In this document: positions 21,427 through 30,399 of the stretch, in pieces
How positions within the stretch are numbered: the stretch's first letter is position 1
Layout: the number at the start of each line of letters is the position of its first letter
Assembly (NCBI GenBank): GCA_965230955.1
Contig: OZ246404.1
Location: 920,790 to 984,789, forward strand
Direction: 5' to 3'
Length of the DNA: 64,000 nucleotides
Origin: an uncultured Candidatus Saccharibacteria bacterium
GTDB lineage: Bacteria > Patescibacteriota > CALEFQ01
Notes under the pieces: generated by a model
Seen by the model: only the letters and a program-made list of their open reading frames with translations
Told to the model about the DNA's origin: nothing
The model's database searches: none
Position numbers and translations under genes: made by a program

Positions 21427-23154
21427 ATGACCCCCTACAAAAATCAACGGCCGCGCCCGGTGCGAAACTGGCAAGCGCCCGCCGCTACCAGCAACCCCAA
21501 CAATAAGCTAAAAATTATTCCGCTCGGCGGAGTGGAAGAAGTCGGCCGCAATATGACTGTTTTTGAATTTGGCCGCGACATCATCATCGTCGATATGGGC
21601 TTCCAGTTCCCCGAAGAAAACATGCCCGGCATCGATTACATCATCCCCAATACCGAATACTTAAAAGGAAAAGAACGAAATATTCGGGGCGTAATTATTT
21701 CTCATGGTCACTTCGACCACATCGGGGCGATTCCGTATCTCTCTCCCCGCTTGGGCAATCCGGTTTTTTACGCCACCCCATTAAGCCGCGCCATCATCGA
21801 AAAACGTCAAGAAGAATTTTCCGAAAAAATAAATTCTCGCGACATCAATGCCGAAAGTAAATTGAAACTCGGCTGTTTCACGGTGGAATTCTATAAAGTC
21901 AATCACAACATTCCCGGCAGCCTCGGCGTAGTTATCCGCACACCGATCGGCACTATTATTCATTCTGGCGACTGGAAATTTGACCATTCACCCGTCGGCG
22001 ACGAACCGGCTGATTTCGGGCGCTTGGCCTTACTCGGCAAAGAAGGCGTGCTGGCCTTACTCTGCGACAGTACCGACGCTGATACTCCGGGCTACGCCAT
22101 TTCAGAAAGAAAAATCCAAGCCACACTGGCCCAAGTTTACGAAAAAGCTCCGGGCCGAATCATCGCCGCTACTTTTTCCTCGCTAATCAGCCGCGTCCGG
22201 CAACTAATTTTGTTGGCAGAACAACACGGCCGTCGAGTAGCTATTGACGGGCGAAGTATGAAAACAAACATTGAAATTGCGCACCGTTTGGGCTACATCA
22301 AAGTCAAACCCGGTACAATAATTGAATTGGAACAAACTCGCCGTATGCCGGACGACAAGGTCGTCGTCATTGCCACCGGCGCCCAAGGTGAAGAACGAGC
22401 GGCCCTGATGCGTATGGCCACAGGTGAACATCGCCAGATCAATATAAAAAAAGGCGATACAGTTCTCTTCTCCTCTTCGGTTGTCCCCGGCAACGAACGA
22501 ACGGTCCAGTATCTCAAAGATACGCTGGTGCGCGAAGGCGCTTACGTCATTCATTACCGGATGATGGATGTTCATGCCGGCGGCCACGCTCGACAGGAAG
22601 ATATCAAGTTGATGATCCGTCTACTAAATCCAAAATATTTTATTCCGATTGAAGGCAATACTTATCTCCTGTCCAAAAACGGCGAATTGGCCGAAAGCGT
22701 CGGCATTCCCCACGAAAATGTGATTCTGCCCGCCAACGGACATATCATCGAATTTACCAAGGACAAAGGCCGACTGACCGAAACCAAAGTGCCGTCGAGC
22801 TATGTCATGGTCGACGGTCTCGGCGTGGGCGATATCAGCAATGTTGTTCTGCGCGATCGCCAGCAACTTTCCGAAGACGGCATGTTTGTCGTTGTGCTCA
22901 CCATCGATAGTCAAGGAAATTTATCCAGCAGTCCGGACATCATTTCGCGCGGGTTCGTCTATGTCAACGACAACCAGGAATTGCTCTCGCAAGCGCGGGA
23001 TAAAATCAAAAAAATCATCACTCGCAAGAAAGATAAACGCGCCAAAAGCAACTGGGCCTACGTCAAAGACCAGATCCGCGACGAGATCGGCCAGTTCCTC
23101 TATCAAAAAACCGAACGTCGGCCCATGATTTTACCGGTGATTATACAAGTATAA
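21427..23154 (+). CDS. rnj: ribonuclease J (metallo-beta-lactamase / beta-CASP)
   Basis: It contains IIPLGGVEEVGRNM and ISHGHFDHIGAIPYL, and its length and domain order match RNase J. Confidence 0.85.
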   Translation: MTPYKNQRPRPVRNWQAPAATSNPNNKLKIIPLGGVEEVGRNMTVFEFGRDIIIVDMGFQFPEENMPGIDYIIPNTEYLKGKERNIRGVIISHGHFDHIGAIPYLSPRLGNPVFYATPLSRAIIEKRQEEFSEKINSRDINAESKLKLGCFTVEFYKVNHNIPGSLGVVIRTPIGTIIHSGDWKFDHSPVGDEPADFGRLALLGKEGVLALLCDSTDADTPGYAISERKIQATLAQVYEKAPGRIIAATFSSLISRVRQLILLAEQHGRRVAIDGRSMKTNIEIAHRLGYIKVKPGTIIELEQTRRMPDDKVVVIATGAQGEERAALMRMATGEHRQINIKKGDTVLFSSSVVPGNERTVQYLKDTLVREGAYVIHYRMMDVHAGGHARQEDIKLMIRLLNPKYFIPIEGNTYLLSKNGELAESVGIPHENVILPANGHIIEFTKDKGRLTETKVPSSYVMVDGLGVGDISNVVLRDRQQLSEDGMFVVVLTIDSQGNLSSSPDIISRGFVYVNDNQELLSQARDKIKKIITRKKDKRAKSNWAYVKDQIRDEIGQFLYQKTERRPMILPVIIQV

Positions 23155-23156
23155 GA

Positions 23157-23226
23157 AAAAGTCAAAAATCAAAAGTCAAAAGTTCAGAAGTCACTTTTGA
23201 CCTTTGACTTATTACTTTTGACTTAA
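23157..23226. repeat. hairpin repeat of the AAAGTCA family, downstream of rnj
   Basis: The sequence reads AAAAGTCAAAAATCAAAAGTCAAAAGTtcagaagtcACTTTTGACCTTTGACTTATTACTTTTGACTT. Confidence 0.5.
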
Positions 23227-23230
23227 ATTT

Positions 23231-24199
23231 ATGGATCGCATCTTTAGCGGTGCTAAGCCCACGGGAAATTTGCACATCGGAAATTATTTAGGGGCCATCA
23301 AAAACTGGGTCGCCATGCAAGATAAATACGAATGCCTCTATAGCGTGGTCAATCTCCACGGACTCACCGTAAATCAAGATCCCAAAAGTTACGCTCAACG
23401 TACTCTTGATTTTGTACTGGATTACCTGGCAATGGGGATTGATCCCAAAAAATCAATACTTTTCATTCAGAGTGATGTCCCGGAACACACCGAACTAACC
23501 TGGATCTTGAACACGCTCACTCCAATGGGTGATTTACAGCGCATGACACAATACAAGGAAAAATCCCAACAGCACCCGGAAAATGTCAACGCCGGACTGT
23601 TCGATTATCCTGTTTTGATGGCAGCTGATATCCTTATTTATAAGGCTCAGGTCGTACCGGTGGGAGAAGATCAACTGCAACATTTGGAATTAGCCCGGAC
23701 AATCTGTCGAAAATTTAATAAACGCTATGGCCTGACATTTCCCGAACCGAAATCTCTGCAAACTACCGAAACCAGAATCATGGCTCTGGACGGATCGGGG
23801 AAAATGGGCAAAAGCACCGGCAACGCCATTGAAATTTTTGAAAACCCCGATTCTATAATTGCCAAGTTTAAGAAAGCCAAGACCGATACCGGCAAAGAGG
23901 TGCGCTTCAGCCCCGACAAACCGGAAATTTCCAATCTAATGGGAATTTACCACGCCTTCACCGGCAAAACGCACCAAGCGATCGAAGCGGAGTTCGCCGG
24001 CAAAGGCTATGCCGAGTTCAAAGAAAAACTCGGCAAAACCGTGGCTGAATCCCTGGCGCCATTTCGCGCCAAACGGGCTGAATTAGTGAAGAATGTTGAT
24101 GAGGTAAAAACAATCTTGCATGATGGAGCCAAAAAAGCTAAAACAATTGCGGAGAAAACAATGGCAGAAGTTAGAGAAAAAGTGGGATTAAAAATTTAG
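23231..24199 (+). CDS. trpS: tryptophan--tRNA ligase
   Basis: It has a HIGH-type N-terminus (TGNLHIGNYLGAI) and a KMSKS-type motif (KMGKS). Confidence 0.9.
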   Translation: MDRIFSGAKPTGNLHIGNYLGAIKNWVAMQDKYECLYSVVNLHGLTVNQDPKSYAQRTLDFVLDYLAMGIDPKKSILFIQSDVPEHTELTWILNTLTPMGDLQRMTQYKEKSQQHPENVNAGLFDYPVLMAADILIYKAQVVPVGEDQLQHLELARTICRKFNKRYGLTFPEPKSLQTTETRIMALDGSGKMGKSTGNAIEIFENPDSIIAKFKKAKTDTGKEVRFSPDKPEISNLMGIYHAFTGKTHQAIEAEFAGKGYAEFKEKLGKTVAESLAPFRAKRAELVKNVDEVKTILHDGAKKAKTIAEKTMAEVREKVGLKI

Positions 24200-24261
24200 T
24201 CATTTTGTAGGAGCGGCCCCGCCGAATCGGCGGGTGGCCGCCCTCACGAATATCACATATC

Positions 24262-24296
24262 AAAAAACCGCCCGCCGACTCGGCAGGCGGTTTTTC
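24262..24296. terminator. bidirectional rho-independent terminator between trpS and the phosphohexomutase gene
   Basis: The sequence is an A-run, then CCGCCCGCCGACTCGGCAGGCGG, then a T-run. Confidence 0.6.
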
Positions 24297-24325
24297 TGCG
24301 GTTTTGATATTTCGCAACTATAATA

Positions 24326-25693
24326 TTATTTCCGAATAACTTTCAGCACTTCATCCCGCTTCTCAGCCATCAACTCTTTCGTTTTAGCTTCCAAATTCAG
24401 TCGAAGTAACGGCTCGGTATTTGACGCCCGGACATTGAACCACCAATCATCATGCTCTATGGTAATACCATCCAGCCAAGAGACATTCTTGGCGCCCGCG
24501 CCGAAAACTTTTTCCAGTTCTTTCATTTTCCCGGTCTGGTCTTCAACTTCGGAATTGATTTCTCCGGAGTGAAAATACTTGCGCAATGGCGCCACCCACT
24601 CCGAAGCTTTTTTGCCTGATTTTGAAAGCTCGTCTAGCATCACCAGCGCCACAATCAGAGGCGTCTCGTAAAAGCCATATTTAGTCTGGAAAAAGAAGTG
24701 CCCCGAAGACTCGCCGGAAAAAACCGCGTTTTCTTCCAGAGATTTCTTTTTGATCAAAGAATGTCCCACGCGAGTAACAAATGGCTGACCCCCATTCTTT
24801 TCAATCATTTCGCGGGTAATCATGCCCGGGCGGATATCATAGCCCACCTTGGCGCCGGGATTGTGGCGCAGCACCACTTCGGCCATGATACCGCGGATAA
24901 TTGCCGGCTCGATCATCTCGCCCCGATCATCGATGAAGAAAATTCGGTCGGCGTCACCGTCAGTGGCAATACCCAGATCGGCTTGATGCTTGATAACATG
25001 CTCTTTTAAATCTTTGACGTTTTCATCTTTAAACGGATCCGCTTGGTGCGCCGGGAAATTCCCATCCAGTTTGAAATTGAGTTTTTCTAGTTTGATCGGC
25101 AAGTGTTTAGCCAGCTCGCCGAGATCTTGGCCACCCATGGCATTGGCGGTATCGGCGACGATTTTGAGCGGCCTGATCGCCGAGAAATCATAGAAGGACA
25201 GCGATTCTTTGACGCATTCCGCCAGGACGCCTTCTTTACGAATGATTTTTCCGGGCAATGATGATTTGATTTTCTCGCCCGTCGCGCAAAAATCCCTAAT
25301 TTTATCCAGCCCGTCTTCCAGCCCGAAAGCGGCGGCCTTGGCCCGCACCAGTTTGACGCCGTTATATTCTTTCGGGTTATGCGAAGCGGAAACAATCAAT
25401 CCCCCGTCATATTTATGGCGCGCCACCGCGTAATAAAAAGTCGGGGTGGACGACAGCCCGATATCAATCACATTCGCTCCGGCTTGGGTCACTCCTTTGA
25501 TCAGGCTTTGGCAAAGCGACGGCGACGACAAACGCATGTCATGCCCCACCACGATATTAAATATCTTTTTACCGGGATTTTCCGCCCGGAGTAATTTTAT
25601 GAAACCCTGTCCGATACTAAAAACGACGTCCTCATTTATCTGCTGAGGATAAATGCCACGAACGTCGTAAGCGCGAAAAATTGATTGATCCAT
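24326..25693 (-). CDS. phosphoglucomutase/phosphomannomutase (alpha-D-phosphohexomutase)
   Basis: It contains the catalytic SASHNP motif and VGHDMRLSS, with the four-domain layout of this family. Confidence 0.85.
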   Translation of the reverse strand: MDQSIFRAYDVRGIYPQQINEDVVFSIGQGFIKLLRAENPGKKIFNIVVGHDMRLSSPSLCQSLIKGVTQAGANVIDIGLSSTPTFYYAVARHKYDGGLIVSASHNPKEYNGVKLVRAKAAAFGLEDGLDKIRDFCATGEKIKSSLPGKIIRKEGVLAECVKESLSFYDFSAIRPLKIVADTANAMGGQDLGELAKHLPIKLEKLNFKLDGNFPAHQADPFKDENVKDLKEHVIKHQADLGIATDGDADRIFFIDDRGEMIEPAIIRGIMAEVVLRHNPGAKVGYDIRPGMITREMIEKNGGQPFVTRVGHSLIKKKSLEENAVFSGESSGHFFFQTKYGFYETPLIVALVMLDELSKSGKKASEWVAPLRKYFHSGEINSEVEDQTGKMKELEKVFGAGAKNVSWLDGITIEHDDWWFNVRASNTEPLLRLNLEAKTKELMAEKRDEVLKVIRK

Positions 25694-25748
25694 AAGTCAA
25701 AAGCCAAAGGTCAAAAGTCTTCGGCGAGCTCAGCCGAGCCGTCAAAAG

Positions 25749-26216
25749 TTAACTTTTAGACCGATAAGACGAATCTTTATTCAATTCTCCTTCAATTAAT
25801 TCTCTGACAAAATCTGATTTGCTCTTATTCTTGCCTTTGGGAATCCATTCCAGATAATCGGCCAAATGGCGCGGGATAACAAAGTTGAATCTTTTCAAAT
25901 TGCCACGGCGATGCTTGTCCAAATAATCGCGCAAAATACTTTCCAGATTCTGGGCGGTAAATGTTTTGAGTGTGAGAAATTTGCTCTCGGCCCGGATTCC
26001 CCCGGCCTCTTTTCCTTCCGGCACCAAAACCAGAACGTAGCGCTCACGCTCCGCCGCCTCAGCCACTTGAAAGCCCACCGCCGTGCTCTCGACTCCGGCA
26101 AAGGTCACTAATAGGTCGAAATTCAACCCAGTTCCCAGCTCTCCGCCACGGTCAATTACTAGCTTCTCAGCTGTTTTTTGATATTGATTGGACGGATCTA
26201 AAACTTTTACCTTCAT
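25749..26216 (-). CDS. hypothetical protein with a C-terminal ribbon-helix-helix (CopG/Arc-like) segment
   Basis: The C-terminus (KSKSDFVRELIEGEL) resembles an RHH DNA-binding motif. The N-terminal ~100 aa are unassigned. Confidence 0.4.
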   Translation of the reverse strand: MKVKVLDPSNQYQKTAEKLVIDRGGELGTGLNFDLLVTFAGVESTAVGFQVAEAAERERYVLVLVPEGKEAGGIRAESKFLTLKTFTAQNLESILRDYLDKHRRGNLKRFNFVIPRHLADYLEWIPKGKNKSKSDFVRELIEGELNKDSSYRSKS

Positions 26217-26623
26217 ATCAAGAAATTATATCACTTATGTATGAAAGTGCCAAGAGAATTAAATCCTAAACACCTGCCTGCCGGCAGGCAGGCGAAATCA
26301 GAAACCATCGTCCCGAGCCTCAAATCGAGAGATACGAAACAATATCAAAATCATAGGCACGGAAGCTAACTATCTGGATATTGGGATTTACGATTTTGAA
26401 TTTGTTTTTAACTTGCTTGCGCAAGCAAGTTTCGATATTCTGATTTCGTGCTTTTTCTATCGAATATCCTAGCCTCAAAACCAATTTGCATGGTGATAGA
26501 TTTGTGCTACTATTATGTTAACCTGAAAGGAGATTATCATGAACTTGGTCATTGAAGCTTCCACTTAAACGAAGGCAACCCCTGCAGAATCTGCGCCAGA
26601 CGACGCAGTAAGGAGGTGCGGTT

Positions 26624-26773
26624 ATGGTAAGACACAACAAGTTTTTGATGAACGAAGATGTTTCGGGCGGTGGAGTGCGATCAGATCGATGGATCACTTC
26701 CGGCAGAATCGTCATCGGCGACGCTTATGATGACATCTCTCTCGGACAGATCCGGATCACCGAAAGTTGCTGA
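26624..26773 (+). CDS. 49-aa small protein/peptide gene (MVRHNKFLMNEDVSGGGVRSDRWITSGRIVIGDAYDDISLGQIRITESC), which the ORF track omits because of its 60-aa cutoff
   Basis: A strong SD (AAGGAGGTG) lies 7 nt before the ATG. It sits downstream of a TTGCAT-16-TACTAT promoter and a 9-codon leader ORF, and a terminator follows. Confidence 0.3.
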   Translation: MVRHNKFLMNEDVSGGGVRSDRWITSGRIVIGDAYDDISLGQIRITESC

Positions 26774-26797
26774 AGCCGAAAGGGACTATCAGCGACC

Positions 26798-26829
26798 CAG
26801 CCCTTGGCTTGCCAGGGGCTTCTTTTTTT
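26798..26829 (+). terminator. rho-independent terminator
   Basis: The sequence reads AGCCCTTGGCTTGCCAGGGGCT followed by TCTTTTTTT. Confidence 0.5.
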
Positions 26830-26857
26830 CGAAAATGCCTTTGATTTGCTAAATCTC

Positions 26858-26900
26858 CCATTATCTCTTAATATCTTAGTATCTTAATACTCTTAATATC
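26858..26900. repeat. direct TCTTAATATCTTA repeats upstream of ychF
   Basis: The sequence reads ATCTCTTAATATCTTAGTATCTTAATACTCTTAATATCTT. Confidence 0.45.
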
Positions 26901-26905
26901 TTTTT

Positions 26906-28003
26906 ATGTCATTTGCTGTTGGAATAGTCGGTTTACCCAACGTCGGTAAATCAACACTCTTCAATGCCATTACCAAGAATCAAGCCCAGGTAGCCAACTA
27001 CCCTTTTTGTACTATTGATCCCAATGTCGGCGTCGTCGAAGTTCCGGATGAGCGAATTCAAGCCTTAGCGAAAACTTTTAAGTCCGCGAAAATTATCCCG
27101 ACAATAATCGAATTCAACGATATCGCCGGATTAGTGCGCGGCGCTCATAAGGGCGAGGGCCTGGGAAATAAGTTTTTGGCGCACATCAAAGAAGTTGATG
27201 CCATCGCCCACGTGGTACGTTTTTTCGCGGATAAAGACATCGAGCACGTCGACAAAAAAGTCGATCCCCTGAAGGATATCGATACCATAAATATCGAGCT
27301 GATCATGGCTGACCTCCAGCAAGTGGAAAAACGCCTGGACCAGGCCACGACGATGGCCAAATCCGGCAAGCAAGAATGGATCACCCAGCAAGGCGCCCTA
27401 CAACGAATCAAAGATGCTTTGGAAAATGAAAAATTCGCCTCGACAGTCACCCTTGATAAAGAAGAACGGGAAACACTCAAAGATATGCAGTTGCTGACTA
27501 CTAAGCCGGTACTATACGTGGCGAATGTCAGCGAGGCTGATTACAAAGATCCGGAAATTATAAAAAAACTGGCTCCGCTAGTAGCCAAGCTGGTTCCCAA
27601 CCCCGATCATATCGTCCCGGTCTCAGCCAAAATCGAAGCCGAGTTAGCCGAGTTGACCAAGGATGAGCGCCAGGTTTTTCTAAAAGAACTGGGCGTACCG
27701 GAAGGCGGACTGGATAAGCTTATTCGCGCCAGTTACAAACTGCTTGATCTGATCACTTTTTTCGCCGCCGGTGAAAAAGAAGCCCACGCCTGGACCATAA
27801 AACGCGGCGGGACGGCTCCGCAAGCGGCCGGCAAAATTCACACCGATTTTGAAAAAGGATTTATCCGTGCGGAAATCGTCAGTTGGAAAGACTTAGTTGA
27901 TAACGATGGTTATGCCGGTGCTCGGGAAAAAGGCCTGGTGCGTTCGGAAGGCAAAGAATACGTGATGCAGGATGGAGACGTGGTGGATATTAAGTTTAAA
28001 TAA
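26906..28003 (+). CDS. ychF: ribosome-binding ATPase YchF (Obg family, TGS domain)
   Basis: It contains GIVGLPNVGKSTLFNA and NYPFCTIDPN, and it ends with a C-terminal TGS-type motif (DGDVVDIKF). Confidence 0.9.
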   Translation: MSFAVGIVGLPNVGKSTLFNAITKNQAQVANYPFCTIDPNVGVVEVPDERIQALAKTFKSAKIIPTIIEFNDIAGLVRGAHKGEGLGNKFLAHIKEVDAIAHVVRFFADKDIEHVDKKVDPLKDIDTINIELIMADLQQVEKRLDQATTMAKSGKQEWITQQGALQRIKDALENEKFASTVTLDKEERETLKDMQLLTTKPVLYVANVSEADYKDPEIIKKLAPLVAKLVPNPDHIVPVSAKIEAELAELTKDERQVFLKELGVPEGGLDKLIRASYKLLDLITFFAAGEKEAHAWTIKRGGTAPQAAGKIHTDFEKGFIRAEIVSWKDLVDNDGYAGAREKGLVRSEGKEYVMQDGDVVDIKFK

Positions 28004-28085
28004 ACACTACCAATACCGGGAAACTAACTGATATAGCTCTCTCAAAAGGCCTTTTATCGGGTTTCTTCTGAATCGAAAATAATTC

Positions 28086-28113
28086 TTGACAGTTTTCAGT
28101 TATCTGCTAGACT
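28086..28113 (+). promoter_or_regulatory. near-consensus promoter (TTGACA-16-TAGACT) for the rpsF operon
   Basis: The sequence is cTTGACAgttttcagttatctgcTAGACTac, about 150 nt upstream of rpsF. Confidence 0.55.
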
Positions 28114-28265
28114 ACACTCATAAAGGCTCCCGGCACGAAATACTGCCGGGCGTAGTCCACGGCCTGTCATCAAGGGAGGGAACAAGGATGTTTTTTCCTT
28201 GCTGACGGGCTATTCTGCCCGTTTTATTTTTACGTTTTACATTTTAAATTTTACTCTAAAAATCT

Positions 28266-28910
28266 ATGTCACGTTACGAATTGATGTTCATCATCTCCCC
28301 TAAAGTGAAGGAAGCCGATATGCGCCCGGCCGCTGATCAGATTCAAAAGATGGTCACAACCGGCGGCAGCAAAATCGTCGAAGAATTGGACTGGGGCAAG
28401 AAAAAACTGGCTTACCCGATAAAAAATTACCGCCACGGTTTTTACTATGTACTATCGATTGATGCCGATCCTGCCGCGATCAAAAAGCTCGATGAAAATC
28501 TCAAGCAAAATGATGATGTGCTCCGTTATTTATTGATCAAACTGGAAGCTCCAGCTGTCAAAGCCTTGGCCGATCAAAAGAAACGAGCCCTGGAGCACCC
28601 CGAAGAAACCGAAGCCGAAACGTCAGAAACCGCCCGATCGGCGACAAAGCCGGCTCCCGCCAAATCGATGCCGGCCAAGATCACTCCGGAAAAACCAGCC
28701 TTGGCACCGGTAGAGCCGAAACCTGTCGACACCAAACCTGAAGAACCGATCGTGACCATGAAACCGGAAACCAAACCGGAAGTAACCGCCGTCCCGACCG
28801 CTCCGGCCAAAAAAGAAACACCGGCCTCTCAGGAAAAGAGCGAAAAAGCAAAACTGGATGAATTAGACAAAAAGCTGGACGAAATTCTCGACGAAGATAT
28901 CACTGATTAA
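28266..28910 (+). CDS. rpsF: 30S ribosomal protein S6 with a ~110-aa low-complexity C-terminal extension
   Basis: It starts MSRYELMFIISP...KLAYPIKNYRHGFYYVL, which is S6. An Ala/Pro/Lys/Glu-rich tail follows. Confidence 0.9.
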   Translation: MSRYELMFIISPKVKEADMRPAADQIQKMVTTGGSKIVEELDWGKKKLAYPIKNYRHGFYYVLSIDADPAAIKKLDENLKQNDDVLRYLLIKLEAPAVKALADQKKRALEHPEETEAETSETARSATKPAPAKSMPAKITPEKPALAPVEPKPVDTKPEEPIVTMKPETKPEVTAVPTAPAKKETPASQEKSEKAKLDELDKKLDEILDEDITD

Positions 28911-28973
28911 CTCTCCTTTTATCAATAATGAGCTGGCCCGCTTCGGCCCGTCCAGCTCGAGGAGGAATCAACT

Positions 28974-29456
28974 ATGGATCTAAACAAAGTAATGCTCATC
29001 GGACGCGCCACCGCGGACCCGGAAATGCGAACCACGACCGGGGGACAAAATGTCGTCAATTTTTCCATCGCCACCGGGCGAGTCTGGAAAGATGACAAAG
29101 GCGAGAAGCAGGAAAAAACCGAATTCCACAACATTGTCGCCTGGCGCAAGCTGGCTGATATCGTGGGACAGTATGTGACCAAAGGTAAACAGCTCTACAT
29201 CGAAGGTCACCTGCAGACCCGCTCCTGGGAAGGCAAAGACGGCAATAAGCGCTACACCACTGAAATCGTTGCCGACAACATGATTTTGCTCGGCGGCGGC
29301 AGCAAAGGCGGTAAAGGTAGCCGCGGAACGACAAACAACGAAGAAGCTTCAGACGCCGCTCAAGAGAAGGAACCCTCCCCTTCTCCCGCTCCCAAGAAAG
29401 CTCCGAATGCCACTCCGCCCACCGAAGAAATCAATATCGAAGACATTCCTTTCTAG
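28974..29456 (+). CDS. ssb: single-stranded DNA-binding protein
   Basis: It has an OB-fold N-terminus (VMLIGRATADPEMRTT), a Gly-rich linker and the acidic C-terminal tail DIPF. Confidence 0.9.
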   Translation: MDLNKVMLIGRATADPEMRTTTGGQNVVNFSIATGRVWKDDKGEKQEKTEFHNIVAWRKLADIVGQYVTKGKQLYIEGHLQTRSWEGKDGNKRYTTEIVADNMILLGGGSKGGKGSRGTTNNEEASDAAQEKEPSPSPAPKKAPNATPPTEEINIEDIPF

Positions 29457-29519
29457 ATTTTTCCGGCAGGCACAAAATAATCTTATCTTTTATTCGCATC
29501 TCATTAGAATTCAATTCGC

Positions 29520-29747
29520 ATGTTACAACCCACTTACGTCACCAAACCGAAATCATGTACTTTTTGCGAAGAAAATTCCAAGTACATCGATTACAAAGAC
29601 ATCAAGACTTTACGCAAGTACCTCTCCCCTTACTCGCGGATTTTGAGCCGCGAGCGCACCGGCACTTGCGCCAAGCACCAGCGCTCCATGGCGTCCGCTT
29701 TGAAACGCGCGCGCTTCATGGCTCTCTTACCTTATGTAACTAAATAA
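29520..29747 (+). CDS. rpsR: 30S ribosomal protein S18
   Basis: It is 75 aa and contains CTFCEEN...[14 protein letters not shown]...GTCAKHQR, which is the S18 signature. Confidence 0.9.
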   Translation: MLQPTYVTKPKSCTFCEENSKYIDYKDIKTLRKYLSPYSRILSRERTGTCAKHQRSMASALKRARFMALLPYVTK

Positions 29748-29752
29748 CTTCT

Positions 29753-30310
29753 ATGCTGACGATCGGCGACATCCGCACCGGCACGCAAATTGTTTGGCGT
29801 GACGAGCCGCACGAAGTTTTGAGTATCGCCCGCACGCGACGATCCCAAAGCCGCGCGGTCCTGAAAACTAAATTGCGCAACTTGATCAATGGCAACGTGA
29901 TTGACAATTCTTTCCAGCCCAAAGACATGGTGGAAGAAGCCAATCTGGAACGCGCTACGGCTCAGTATTTGTACATGGAAGGCGACAAATACGTTTTTAT
30001 GGATGACAAGACCTATGAGCAATTTTCTCTTTCGGCGCAACAGCTGGACAAAAAAACCGGTTACTTGACCGAAGGAACTCCGGTGAGTATTCTGCTTTTT
30101 CGCGAAGAGCCGGTCAGTATTGAATTGCCAATCAAAATGACTTTTGAAGTGACGGAAGCGCCCCCGGGCATCAAAGGCAATACGGCCCAAACCGGGACCA
30201 AGAATGTGACGCTCAACACCGGCATCCAAGTGGCGGCGCCGTTATTCACCGATGTCGGGGATAAAGTAGTGCTCGATACCCGCACCGGCACCTACGTCGG
30301 CCGAGGCTAA
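29753..30310 (+). CDS. efp: elongation factor P
   Basis: It has the three-domain EF-P layout at 185 aa. The loop around the usual modified Lys/Arg is atypical (IARTRRSQSRAVLKTKL). Confidence 0.9.
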   Translation: MLTIGDIRTGTQIVWRDEPHEVLSIARTRRSQSRAVLKTKLRNLINGNVIDNSFQPKDMVEEANLERATAQYLYMEGDKYVFMDDKTYEQFSLSAQQLDKKTGYLTEGTPVSILLFREEPVSIELPIKMTFEVTEAPPGIKGNTAQTGTKNVTLNTGIQVAAPLFTDVGDKVVLDTRTGTYVGRG

Positions 30311-30312
30311 TA

Positions 30313-30374
30313 TAGTCTTTGGTCTCTAGTCTTTAGTCGTTAGCTAAAGACAAAAGACCAAGGACCAAAGACTT
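30313..30374. repeat. hairpin repeat of the AGTCTTT/AAAGACC family, downstream of efp
   Basis: The sequence reads TAGTCTTTGGTCTCTAGTCTTTAGTCgttagcTAAAGACAAAAGACCAAGGACCAAAGACT. Confidence 0.5.
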
Positions 30375-30399
30375 TCTCAAACCCCCGTTAATCAACTTC

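Noticed and set aside
26658-26852. 64-aa plus-strand ORF from the six-frame track in the peptide locus
   Set aside because: It has a weak start context. The alternative 49-aa frame at 26624-26773 has a near-perfect SD and ends just before the terminator. I kept the latter as the candidate, but conservation analysis should arbitrate.
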